The notes beneath the pieces are model-generated. The model did not search any database and had not been told where the DNA came from. It was given only the letters and a program-made list of their open reading frames with translations. The position numbers were made by a program, and so were the translations under genes. This document shows positions 14,601 through 25,900 of a stretch of 64,000 bases of DNA, in pieces. The stretch spans positions 49,240 to 113,239 of the forward strand of contig JAQGDQ010000683.1 of the NCBI GenBank assembly GCA_030141605.1, read 5' to 3'. Position 1 is the first letter of the stretch, and every line of letters begins with the position of its first letter. The stretch is from Tubiluchus corallicola (lineage: Eukaryota; Animalia; Priapulida).

Positions 14601-16053
14601 GCTTGACTTTTAGTGCCAGATTCCGGTACTGGTACGACTTCTACAGTAATTCGGGTTTTGTACGACAATAATCATTATTAACTTATTAAAGGCGCGCGAA
14701 TGATGGACAGTGATATATTCTATGTCATTATTCTTGATAGCGCAGACAATTTTCTCAAAACTGAGCAAGTTGAGTGGTTAGCGCTGATAATACGTCATCG
14801 TACGTTTCAAATAATGGCAATGCTTGAATCATTTTATTTGCATGTAATGAATGCTTGAGTTGTTTATAGAAAAACAACTACGAAAATGATTTAAGATGGC
14901 ATGGTGATTAATGATGTCATTGTTTTGCAGGTATAACCATAGTTATTGACTACGCAATTTTTTTTACCTGTATCATTATTGAACCGCACTCGTGTTCCCG
15001 TACGCGTTTCTTTCAAATCAACATAAATAAGAATCTACACGCATATTCTTAGAATACCATCAATTAAATTTACGTTGAGGAAGATCATGTTTGCTTTATA
15101 TGTATATTTACAGAGAATATATTTACATGAGAACATGGCTGTGCCAATTCTAGGCTAGTGTTTTTCTTACAGGGTTAACATTATTAATATTTAAAGGAAA
15201 CGACCATGATTTTTCGCATCCTACACAATTTTGAAATACGGTAAAAGCTGCACAAACCTATAATAATGTCAAAGTATTTGTGATAATTGAATGCAGGTAA
15301 AAATGGCACAGGTAAAAATGGCAAGGGAAAAAAATGGCACAAGTAAAAATGGGACAGAAAAAAACTGCGTAGAAAGAAGACGCATAATGTTATTTTGACG
15401 TGTTTGATTTCAATCATAGGACGCGCTCACTAGCAAACAAATCTCTGTGAAAAGACGAACAGCCCTAGACTTGTTCGTCTGATTCTTTTGATTAAAAAAA
15501 ATAAATTCCATTTGCGCCATTTTTCCTGCGCCATTTTTCATACTTTCCCATCCGAGACAAAAAAAAGAAAAACGGGAGAAATAAAACAAGAGCAGAAAAA
15601 GAGAGCAAGGAAAAAGACAGGGATAACACGAGGTAATTCTTAATCACAAAAGCACGAAAAGATAAATAAACAAACAAACTGTACTTATCTATAAATAAAT
15701 AAATAAAAATATTCTTTTAGCTTTGTAATAATAACAAAATTGCTACATCTACACGAAAAAATATACATCTCTAAAATCACAATTTAAAACAATTTGATTC
15801 ATATAAACCGAATTCTTCGTGCAAATCTGAGTAATTAGCGTAATTACCTGCAGTTACTATGTAGATTTGTTACTCGAAACATATGATGACAGTCCTCACA
15901 TAATCTGTCTAATCTGTACAATAGCATTTTGGAAAATCCACAACCATTGTAACTCGGACGCAGAGCTCTTTCATTTCGCTCATAAAAATAGTTTTCTCCA
16001 AATGTCGACATCACTATCATAAAACCAACAACAAGCGTCACTGATGCATTCAT
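11653..16053 (-). CDS. ITP-like: CHH/ITP (crustacean hyperglycaemic hormone / ion transport peptide) superfamily neuropeptide precursor, 94 aa
   Basis: Exon 16053-15848 joins exon 11731-11653 across a phase-2 intron (AG|GTAAT ... TTTCAG|G), giving MNASVTLVVGFMIVMSTFG-ENYFYERNER-ALRPSYNGCGFSKMLLYRLDRLCEDCHHMFRVTNLHSNCR|SNCFRNPIFNECATALQQMKLLRYV*. It has a signal peptide, six Cys, the LDRLCEDC and CRxNCF motifs, and the intron after C4-Arg typical of the family. Confidence 0.9.
13207..13660. repeat. 18-bp minisatellite (AAAATCAGTGAAGTTTTC), ~25 copies, in the ITP-like intron
   Basis: Directly visible; accounts for the ORF calls at 13205-13741. Confidence 0.97.
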
Positions 16054-16438
16054 CCTAAAAGCAAAACGCTGTTAATAAATTTAATCACAAGCTGCTGTTT
16101 TTCAATAATCCGCTATTAACACAGTGATTATGCTACAATTATAAATAAGCCTGTTATAATGAATAATATTATAAATGACCCAAATACAGCATTTATTGAC
16201 CGTTGGTCATTTGATTGACAATACTAACATGAGTGGTTATTTACTAACTAACACTTATAACAATACAGGTGGAAATGCAAAATGTAAATAAATAACAATA
16301 CGCAAATATGTTCTACGTCCTGGCGTTGGTTAAACGCGAGATTAGAAGCCGAAATTTTGCGTAAGTAAGCTTATGATTACAGCGGGCGTGACGTACGCAC
16401 GCATACCGCATACACGCATACGTGTTGTTGAGACTTAC

Positions 16439-16694
16439 TTTCTTTGTTAACTGTCCAAAATGTAATATGCAGCAGCACTTCAAAACGTCTTGATAATAAA
16501 GTTGCAACTCATGCCTCTAGTGGGGGTTAAACGAGATCTCCTTTTTGCATCCGTTACGCACTTTAGTAAAACGATGAACTCGGAATTATCGGCTGAATTA
16601 TAAATTTCGTTGCGTTTGACAAACGTGACGCGGTGGCGCGCGCGGCTGAGGTGAATGTGCGCGCACGACTTTTTCAAACCCACACTAATTTATA
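16439..16694 (-). promoter_or_regulatory. Candidate TATA promoter and non-coding first exon of the ITP-like gene
   Basis: An acceptor TTTTAG|G-ATG at 16055 implies an upstream exon. There is a minus-strand donor AA|GTAAGT at 16438, a CpG-rich patch at 16300-16700 and GGGGTATAAAT at 16698-16688. Confidence 0.4.
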
Positions 16695-18152
16695 CCCCCG
16701 TTCGGTTATCCATTGTATCCCAGGCTTCTTTATTACAACTAGATTTGATTACTTGGCATAAACTGCATTCTCCTTGGAATAAGTGAGACAAAGTCCACGA
16801 AATGAGGTGCTGATGAAAGATTGGGCGTCACAATAAGAGTTAATCAAGAGCCCAAGAGAGATTACTCCGCACTTTAACACATTATAATTAGCCCGCTGCT
16901 CCATAAGCTCTTACTTTGGATAATGTTAGCTGGACACAAACGTAGATAAGTCAGAGATATCAGTGTTTTTAATGGTGTCTCTTCTTTGCAGATCTTTGTA
17001 GAGTAGATCTTATTAGAAAAAATCTGTATTCATACTGTGAATATTGCAATACTGTATGGGTTATCATATGTGTATACTTTGGACAGGTTAACTAGAATTA
17101 TACAAAAAAGTTAACTAGAATTATTATTCTTTGGAATTACAGAACTTTCGAAAATTTAAGCAAATATTATTTAAATATTTATTATGTTAAAAGTCAATGA
17201 TTTTGTATGTATGAAAATGTTCTGTTTTAAGGTTTTAATGGTATGCTTCTTAATATTTTAGTAATTTATTTATACAAAACAAAACACTTTATATGTACAA
17301 CACTAGGCAGTTCAAGGATTACCATATGCCAAAAGTAAGAACTGACCTTATGAAACTTTTTATTGGTATATATATATATATATAATAATCTTTATTTGCC
17401 ATTAAAAACATTGATAATCAGTGATAAAAACTTTACAGAGATAATCAATCAGTGTTAGTTAATAAAAACTTACACTGCTGGTTGTCAGGGTCCCTGTTTT
17501 ATGGAACAACTTGTCTTGTGATGTGGAAAGTAAAGCGCACTCGTGTGTTAAAAAGAAAAGGGGAATTATATTATAATATCTTTATAATGATAAATTACTT
17601 CTATTGTACAATTTTTTACTTTCATCATTGGAACGTTTTTTACTTATTTTAGTGAATTTGGCCTTTAAGTCTGACGACTTCTTGACCAGCCATAATGAAA
17701 ATGATGTAAAGTAGTTTATTTAACAGAACTGTATTTTTATGTAATTCAATTCAATTCAATTTTATTTTCTCAATAGCAGTTAGAATTCGTCATAATTATT
17801 TTTACATTTCATTGCAGCTGAGAAGGAGCAGCGAAAGACCTATTGGTCACTTGATCAGCTGCCCCTTATTAAAAAGACTCCCCCTTAATGTAAATGTTAC
17901 CTTACTAACGCATTCATTTTCTCATTTATTTTTATTTATATTTACCAATGTGTAGATTCTGTATTATACATGCGTGAATGTAATGTTTTTATGGCAATAA
18001 ATTTAAGCTTGACTTTGGTCTATAGAACGACACAGTTAAGATCTCAACTATCTATTCATTTCCACTAGTTTGTTTGTTTCATTGAAGCTTACTTAGTGTG
18101 ATGCTTTCATTAGGCTTAAACACAACAAGTATTTCTCCATGTAGTTTGTTAT

Positions 18153-18342
18153 GTAGTCAAAATGGTCTATTGATGAGCAACTGGCTAGGCTGTACTGGCC
18201 GAAAAGGAAGCAGATTGCGTCAGTCTTCCCTGCCCCACACTTCGGTGTGTGATAGCCTCTCATAGACAAGTCCTACACAGTGCCTCCCCGTGGCGACATA
18301 CGGGCAACTGGGTACCTTGCGCCCCCAGGCTGAACTGTGAGG
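18153..18342 (+). ncRNA. HDV-like self-cleaving ribozyme at the RTE 5' end, with a large J1/2 domain
   Basis: P2 CACAGT(18276-81)/ACTGTG(18334-39); P3 GCC/GGC closing L3 TCCCCGT; P1 3' strand GACATAC followed by GGGCAAC (as in HDV); P4 CTGGG/CCCAG; J4/2 GCTGA with putative catalytic C18330; P1 5' strand GTAGTC at 18153-58 (one bulge). Confidence 0.75.
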
Positions 18343-21300
18343 GCTCGGAGGAGGTCAGCCCCAAGAGGTGCGGTATGCAGGCCCGCCGGCGTGCGGACAT
18401 GCCCTGGTACCCACTAACTTGACCCCCAGCTATGGGCAAATAGCCTCACTGCCTTGTGAGTATGCACTAGGGATAGTGAAAGGCTAAGGGAAACAACCCC
18501 GACAGAAATATCGGAGTGGAGCCCCGTAGGCAGGTTGACAAGATCACCGATCATCTTCCTGGCAACTCCTGCAACCAAGCTGATGCCAGATGTATTGCTC
18601 TGCATTCCTCTGGACAACATCAGGGCGGTCAAGAGGGGGGTCTTGACGTTCGGGCAGCCCAGGATCTCCATAGTTTTTGCCCAGGCATTGCGTCATGGAG
18701 AGGACACTCCATCTTTGTGTCACACATAAAGGCACAACACGGGAGGCAGCAGTTACGGGTTATAAGCCCACGCTCATTTGGCGAAGAGTAGGGCGCCACG
18801 GGTTGTCTCCGACGGTGGGAGGGGTCTTCGAGCCCCACTGATCAGCTACCGCCCGCCTTAAGCTGGGCAGCCCCCAGCCAGTTAGGTGTTGATCCGCCAC
18901 GGTCTGTCTGCTTCTTGGGGGTGCAAGGAGCTTATGATGTACGTCCGACAAGCAGACTGAAAACAGTTCACCCAGGAAAATAAACAGGAAAAAGAAGTTG
19001 CCAGCACTTCGAATAGCAAGCTGGAACGTGAGAACAATGATGCCAGGACTATCAAGCGATCTTCAACAGATCAGCAACACACGCAAAACAGCTGTGATTG
19101 ACTCCGAATTAGAGAGGCTCAATGTAGACATAGCAGCCCTCCAAGAGACAAGACTGGCTGATGATGGAACATTACAGGAGAAAAACTATACGTTCTTCTG
19201 GCAAGGAAAGGGACAAGATGAGCGGCGCGATCATGGAGTGGGATTTGCAGTTAAGACATCACTCATACCAATGGTTCAACCACCTTCTGGTGGCACAGAA
19301 CGTTTACTATGCATCAAAGTAAACTCTGGTACAGGCCCGGTAAATCTCATAGCATGCTATGCCCCTACCCTCACCTCAAGCCCTGCTGAGAAGGATGCAT
19401 TCTACGAAGCACTTGATGCTCTGATTGGGAGGCTACCTAAAACAGAAGACCTGTACCTACTCGGGGATTTCAACGCTAGAGTGGGTGCCTTGCACGATAA
19501 CTGGCCACAATGTATCGGACACCATGGAGTAGGCAAACTAAATGAAAATGGACAAAGGCTGCTTGAACTCTGCTGCAACCGACAGCTCTGCATTACAAAT
19601 ACCTACTTTCCAAACAAGGACAGGCATAAAGTTTCATGGATGCATCCACGCTCCCAACATTGGCACCAACTTGATCTCATCATCACAAAAAGAGCTAACC
19701 TACTGAATGTACACAACACAAGAAGTTATCATAGTGCAGACTGTGACACTGATCACTCCATTGTCATCAGCAGAATTGTGTTGAATCCTCGGACAGTTCA
19801 TTATGCCAAGCCAAAAGGTTTGCCCAAGATAAACACTGCTCGCACAAAGGATGCACAGAGGACAAGCCACTTTGTCGCATCTGTAAGCACTATCCCCGGC
19901 AATGATGAAGACACGTCAGCAGAAGCCAGATGGTCATTTCTTAGCAAAAAGATCCATGCCTACGCCATTGATTCATATGGCAAAAGAACAAAACCGAACA
20001 AAGACTGGTTCGAAGCAAATCTCCAAACACTAGAGCCACTTATTGAAGCCAAAAGACAAGCTCTGATCAAGTGGAAACAGCATCCTACACACGAAAATCT
20101 CAGACTTCTACGCAAAGCCAGAGCTGAAAGCCAGGAAATGGCAAGGGTATGTGCAAACAACTACTGGCTGGACTTGTGCGACAAGATTGAACAGGCATCC
20201 TCAACTGGCAACATAAGAGCCATGTATGAAGGTATCAAGCAAGCCACTGGTCCAACCACAAAGAAAACAGCCCCCCTCAAGTCCAAAGAAGGAAATATAA
20301 TCACTGATCGCAGCAAGCAGATGGAAAGATGGGTTGAGCACTACCTAGAGCTCTACTCAACTGAAAACACCGTATCTGAAGATGCTCTCAACAGCATTCC
20401 CGTGCTCCCAACTATGACTCACCTTGATGCTGAACCCACTCTTGAAGACCTCGAAAAGGCTATAAATGCACTATCAAGTGGTAAGGCACCTGGAAACGAT
20501 GCAATACCCCCAGAGGTGATAAAGGAAGGAAAATCGGGCCTGCTGCCACATCTTCATGAGCTACTCTGCCTATGCTGGAAAGAAGGGAATGTACCACAGG
20601 ACATGAGGGACTCCAAGATAGTAACCCTCTACAAAAACAAAGGTGACCGTTCGGACTGCAACAACTACCGCGGAATATCTCTACTAAGCATTGTAGGCAA
20701 GGTGTTCGCACGTGTTATGCTGACGAGACTGCAGGCCCTTGCTGAACGAGTTTATCCAGAGTCTCAGTGTGGCTTCAGATCAGGCCGCTCAACAATCGAC
20801 ATGATATTCTCTGTGAGACAACCTCAAGAAAAATGCAGGGAACAGCGTCAACCTCTGTACTTAGCTTTTGTTGACCTCACCAAGGCGTTCGACCTGGTCA
20901 GCCGCAGCGGATTATTCAGTCTTCTCCAACGTATAGGCTGCCCACCAAAGCTTCTAAGTTTAATCAAGTCCTTCCACACAGATATGAAAGGAACCGTCAG
21001 CTTTGATGGAGATACATCAGAACCTTTTAACATTCACAGTGGTGTAAAGCAAGGATGCGTGCTCGCCCCCACACTCTTCGGCATCTTCTTCTCTCTCCTC
21101 CTGTACCATGCCTTCGACTCTTCATCTGATGGTGTCTACATTCATACCAGACATGATGGCAAGCTCTTTAACCTAGCCAGACTGAGGGCTAAGTCTAAGA
21201 TTACACGTGTGCTCCTCAGAGAAATGCTGTTTGCTGATGATGCAGCTCTAGCAAGCCATACCCACGACGGTCTACAACGCCTTATGGACCGCTTCTCCAA

Positions 21301-22209
21301 TGCTTGCAGAGAGTTTGCCCTCACAATCAGTATCAAGAAGACGGAGATAATGGCTCAGGATCCTCCAATACCCCCCTCCATCTCAATCAACAACTCGCAG
21401 CTAGCCACTGTAGACAACTTCAAATACTTGGGCTCGACCATCTCACAGAACCTGTCCCTTGATGCTGAGATAAATGCTCGCATTGGAAAAGCAACAGGAG
21501 TCATGTCCAAGCTGACAAAGAGAGTTTGGGAAAACAAAAACCTTACTATCAGCACAAAGTTGAAAGTCTACAATGCTTGTGTTATCAGCACCCTCCTATA
21601 TGGCAGCGAGACATGGGCTACCTACACAAGACAGGAGACCAGACTCAACTCCTACCACATGAGGTGCCTGCGTCGGCTACTTGACATTAGGTGGGAAGAC
21701 AGAATTACCAACCGCAAGGTCCTCAGCAAGGCCAAGACAACATCAATCTTTGCTATGCTGAGTCAGAGGCGTCTACGCTGGCTAGGACATGTCAGACGCA
21801 TGGACAAGGGTCGTCTTCCAAAGGATATGCTGTACGGCCAACTCGAGGAAGGCACGCGTCCGACCGGTCGGCCTCACCTGAGGTTCTCTGATGTCTGCAA
21901 AAGAGACCTCAAAGGCACTCACATAGACGTCAGTTCATGGGAAACCAAGGCAGATGACCGGCCAGCTTGGAGACAAGCAGTCAGCGAGGGCATTAAGAAG
22001 GCTGAGGAGGACAGACATGAGAGACAACGTCAAAAGAGACTGGGAAGTAAAGCATCAACTAGTTCTCTCAATGACCCCGTTTTCACCTGTGGGGACTGCG
22101 GCAGAGACTGCCATTCCAGGATCGGGCTCTACAGCCACAGCAGACGCTGCTCCAGCTCCACTTTATGGCGCAACCCATCGTCTTCATAGACGGACGGAGG
22201 CCGACGACG
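18154..22209 (+). mobile_element. Full-length RTE-clade non-LTR retrotransposon (~4.06 kb)
   Basis: 11-bp TSD AGTTTGTTATG at 18143-18153 and 22210-22220; GC-richer ~840-nt 5'UTR; single EN-RT ORF; short (CGA)n tail. Confidence 0.95.
18998..22189 (+). CDS. RTE ORF: AP endonuclease + reverse transcriptase + C-terminal Cys/His knuckle
   Basis: Motifs WNVRT, LQETR, GDFNA, TDH (APE); SQCGFR, GVKQGCVLAP, LFADD, YLGS (RT); CGDCGRDCHSRIGLYSH. Uninterrupted 1063 codons; the listed start is TTG, not ATG. Confidence 0.95.
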   Translation: MPALRIASWNVRTMMPGLSSDLQQISNTRKTAVIDSELERLNVDIAALQETRLADDGTLQEKNYTFFWQGKGQDERRDHGVGFAVKTSLIPMVQPPSGGTERLLCIKVNSGTGPVNLIACYAPTLTSSPAEKDAFYEALDALIGRLPKTEDLYLLGDFNARVGALHDNWPQCIGHHGVGKLNENGQRLLELCCNRQLCITNTYFPNKDRHKVSWMHPRSQHWHQLDLIITKRANLLNVHNTRSYHSADCDTDHSIVISRIVLNPRTVHYAKPKGLPKINTARTKDAQRTSHFVASVSTIPGNDEDTSAEARWSFLSKKIHAYAIDSYGKRTKPNKDWFEANLQTLEPLIEAKRQALIKWKQHPTHENLRLLRKARAESQEMARVCANNYWLDLCDKIEQASSTGNIRAMYEGIKQATGPTTKKTAPLKSKEGNIITDRSKQMERWVEHYLELYSTENTVSEDALNSIPVLPTMTHLDAEPTLEDLEKAINALSSGKAPGNDAIPPEVIKEGKSGLLPHLHELLCLCWKEGNVPQDMRDSKIVTLYKNKGDRSDCNNYRGISLLSIVGKVFARVMLTRLQALAERVYPESQCGFRSGRSTIDMIFSVRQPQEKCREQRQPLYLAFVDLTKAFDLVSRSGLFSLLQRIGCPPKLLSLIKSFHTDMKGTVSFDGDTSEPFNIHSGVKQGCVLAPTLFGIFFSLLLYHAFDSSSDGVYIHTRHDGKLFNLARLRAKSKITRVLLREMLFADDAALASHTHDGLQRLMDRFSNACREFALTISIKKTEIMAQDPPIPPSISINNSQLATVDNFKYLGSTISQNLSLDAEINARIGKATGVMSKLTKRVWENKNLTISTKLKVYNACVISTLLYGSETWATYTRQETRLNSYHMRCLRRLLDIRWEDRITNRKVLSKAKTTSIFAMLSQRRLRWLGHVRRMDKGRLPKDMLYGQLEEGTRPTGRPHLRFSDVCKRDLKGTHIDVSSWETKADDRPAWRQAVSEGIKKAEEDRHERQRQKRLGSKASTSSLNDPVFTCGDCGRDCHSRIGLYSHSRRCSSSTLWRNPSSS

Positions 22210-22431
22210 AGTTTGTTATGGCCCGTTCTGATGGTTCAGTTGCTTAAATGCCAGTTAGGTAATGTAGAAAATAGAAGAGTAGACTATTTATTAGTGCATT
22301 GAATAATAATTGTGATATGCATTAGGTATACATGAAAAAAGTGAAGTTCTGGTAGTAGGTTTTATCGTATATATTAATTTCGGTGGTATATATATATGTG
22401 TGTGTGTGTGTGTGTATAACGATTATATATA

Positions 22432-23399
22432 TATGGTGCCGTTGTCGGAGCTGTAGCCTCCAATCTTATGTATATATATATATGATATATGTACATAAAT
22501 ATACATATATAAATCTATTATAAATTATATATATATATATATATGTATAAATAGTTTTATATATGTATATGTATATTTATGTACGTATATATAAACATAA
22601 GATTGGAGGCTACAGCTCCGACGACGGCACCATTTTCGGCGATCTATATATCAAACGAAACGTCTCGATCTTGTGTCGTTTCAGTGGGGGTTTATTTTTC
22701 GAATCGGGCCCGTCGAAACGAACGGGGGGGGGGGCGAAAAACCTCCAAAAGAGGCCATTTTTTGGCCGGTTTTTTGCAAGATTGATACCTCTTAAAACTG
22801 GAGAAAGGAAGAAACGATTCAGTGGTGGTGCTAGTAATGGGTGCATAGCCTATTCCACGGTGGGTGTTATAGTTATATTTAGATTTCGCGGGAGGCAACG
22901 GGCGTTTTCCCAGACCTAACTCCCGATTTTTTCGAATTTTTGGCCAAACAGTCTGTAGAAAAAACATTCTAGCGGCGCCAAGTGGGATACTATATAGCTC
23001 TTTAGAAAGAGGAGGAACAGGGCTGCACGGTGATGTGGATCACATTATGGGACTCCTCCATCGTGAGGAGCTGTGACAAGTTGATTGGAGGTTCCATTTC
23101 GGGCAAAATTCTCGCTTAGAAGCTACATGAGGTTTTCATTGTTCTGACGTCATTCCATTGTATCCTTTCTATAACTTTTACATGACGTTTTCATTGTTCT
23201 GACGTCATTCCATTGTATCCTTTCTATAACTTTTACATGACGTTTTCATTGTTCTGACGTCATTCCATTGTATCCTCTCTATAACTTTAATTCAGTAAAT
23301 GCCGTTGCTGGCTTTGCGTTGGGTAAATAAACGAACACTAAGTAGTATGTTTGCGCATTGTTGATTATAAGTGGGATTTTTTGTTAGGCCTTTGCTAGT
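22432..23399. mobile_element. Non-autonomous Helitron/Helentron(DINE-1)-like element with an inverted repeat around (TA)n and a 3x55-bp internal tandem
   Basis: 22434-22470 is the reverse complement of 22597-22633 around a TA microsatellite. The 55-bp tandem lies at 23126-23288. The 3' part 23240-23399 matches 43775-43949, and both end CCTTTGCTAG|T. Confidence 0.45.
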
Positions 23400-24104
23400 T
23401 AATAATATAAAAGACGATTTTATTCACATCAGGAAATCAATATTATGCGAATTAATTGCGTACATGAAGATTTTGTAATTTTTCTTTAATGATACATACC
23501 TGTAAAATGCATATGTATAGAAATCTTCTGATTTAGAAATGAAGCTAAATTAGTGAGGTTTTGAAGAAGCTAAATAATTAGTTTAAACATAGTTTATTTG
23601 GTTCAGATTATACAATTTTTAAAGCTGATACATGATTCCTCACCTTGCAAATATATGTACAGGTTGAAATGCGGAAAAATTAAAATAATATAACTACAAA
23701 TAAACTCAAATAGATATACATACACACAAATACATATAAACAAAAACATATACATTAGCAGATGAGACACAATTAATAATATAACAATTAAATAAAAAGC
23801 ACAAAGAGAAAACACAATTATTAAATCCTATGAATACCGAAAGATTTGAAAAGTTGGACTCGGGACTGTCAATATCACATGAGCCTGTGTAGTAAAATTG
23901 TCATGTTATTAGACTAGTAATGAAATGATCAGTGGTTCAAGTCCAAGTGTACTCTTTGCTTTTTCATATTTTTTTGTATTTTTACAGAGTTTGATTTCAG
24001 CGGTGGGCTCCATTACAAGTTGCTTGTTTGTGAGGAAGCCACAAATTTATTTATTGGATCATTTGCCTCTGCAGCAAAGTACAAAGCCGTAGAGTATACA
24101 AAGC

Positions 24105-24380
24105 AGGATGATGATGACGACAATGACAATGACGTTGTTGTTGTTGTTGTTGATGATGATGATGATGACGACAATGACGTTGTTGTTGTCGACGACGATG
24201 ATGACGATAACGACGACGAGAATGTTGTTGTTCTTGTTGCTGCTGCTGCTGATGATGATGATGATGACAACGACAATGATGTTGTTGATGATGATGATGA
24301 TGATGATGAGGACGACGACGATGATAGCAACGATAATGGTAATGAAGGTGCTTATAATGATGGCGGTGATGATGACGATG
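24105..24380. repeat. Compound (GAT/GAC/GTT)n microsatellite
   Basis: Directly visible; produces spurious poly-D/V/M ORFs. Confidence 0.95.
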
Positions 24381-25019
24381 GGAGGAGAAATTAAAGAAAA
24401 AATTTTGTGTTTAAAAACAAGACAACTTTATTAAAACTTTTACATTGAAAATTTAAAATCATGCCAAACGTTTTGATAAGCTGTTGCTGTCATAGTCAGT
24501 GGTAAATTTGCAAACATACAACCAGTTTTATGGACAGAGCCTAATTAAATAGTACTACTTAATTAGTGGTTTCAACTTTTTAACTTTTCAGCGTAAAAGT
24601 TCTAATAAAGTTGTGTTGATTTTAACTATAAATGTTTTTATGCGCCTGTAATAAAAAAGAAAAATGTAGCAAAACTGTGATGCGTTGTTCACTCAAATTT
24701 GGTAATTGCGCGTTTCCGGGTCGATGGGAAATTTTGTAAAAATTTAGCAGAGCAGATTCTCCTTTTATGCCGTTATAACCAACGAATTATAAAGAAAACG
24801 GCGTTTACTAGACGTCCGGAATGCGTTGTGTGCGTTATTGCGTACGCAGTTGCGTAAAATCGATACAAATAGCTGCAGAGAAACATATATATACATATGT
24901 AATGCCAAAGAGGTCTAATTAAAAAGTAATTTGTCAATAATTTTTCGTTTTTCTTAGAGTCTAAATAATATTATAAGTAATATTATAATTATATTATAAG
25001 TAAATTTATAATAACAAAA

Positions 25020-25900
25020 CCTTCGCCAGGCTCTCAAAAGGCTAATGTTGGTAGATTTATCTTAGCTATTTACAGTATTTTAGTATATATACTATATATA
25101 CTTATATTGTTCTAAACTATATAAAAGTTGCTTGAAGTTGTCCTGTCCAGTTAAGTAACTTATGGATGCTGATTCGAAACTCTGTCCTGTTTTGTCCAGT
25201 GGTAAATTAGAAACGCGATGTTAATTTTTGCGAGTCTTAAAACATTTCCTTTTATTTACGAGTTTCGATTTTCCTTGACTATAATAGATGATAGGTATGC
25301 AATTATATTTTATGTGTTAAGTAGAATGAATTCTGGTACGTCTTTTAAAGCCATTGTTCTCATATTTACTTTCCAGGTGATTTTTAGATAATACTTCAGT
25401 TTGGCTACATGAGACTTCAGGAAAAGTCTGTGTCCACCTAGACCACCACCATCGACTCGTAAGACGTTCGCTCGCATTAAATCACTGTTGCAACAGTTTA
25501 GGATTTTCATAAGGAATTTTATAGCAATACACTTTGCAATCAATTCTAAGGGTGGCAATCCGCAAAAGGTTTCGAATTTAGCTCTAGCAAGCTTAATATT
25601 TGATATTTGATAACCTTCATTATGCCATCAGAGTAACCATGTTTTCTAAATACTCATGTCACTGAATAATATTAGAATAGTAATAATATTATAGGAAGAA
25701 CAGTTGCATTAAATAAGTATATTATTGTAAGTAGGCGAAAACCTCTGTATTTATTGCAGCACCTTTTTATATTGAGCCAACTTTGCCATGCCTTTTCCTT
25801 ACATTACAAGCTGCTTGTTGAGACTTGGAAAGTAATTTTTGATCGATGGTTATTCCTAGAATTTTGTTTTTGTTTACGTATTGGAGATAGAGGAACTGCT
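25020..25900 (-). mobile_element. Decayed non-LTR retrotransposon fragment
   Basis: Minus-strand KILGITIDQKL (RT-thumb motif) near 25840-25870, a broken downstream ORF (..PPLEL..) and an AT-rich tail at ~24960-25015. Confidence 0.45.

Noticed and set aside
18414-18951. Short ORFs in the RTE 5'UTR and similar ORFs at 50324-50668
   Set aside because: Frames are not conserved between the LINE and SINE versions; the similarity is at nucleotide level.
24013-24434. Poly-S, poly-D/V and poly-M ORFs
   Set aside because: Trinucleotide microsatellite with no splice or domain support.
24700-24870. CpG-rich patch with TTCCGG, TGCGTACGCA and ATCGATA as the DNAJC10 promoter
   Set aside because: Plausible, since an acceptor at 30145 implies an upstream UTR exon, but no first exon can be linked from sequence alone.
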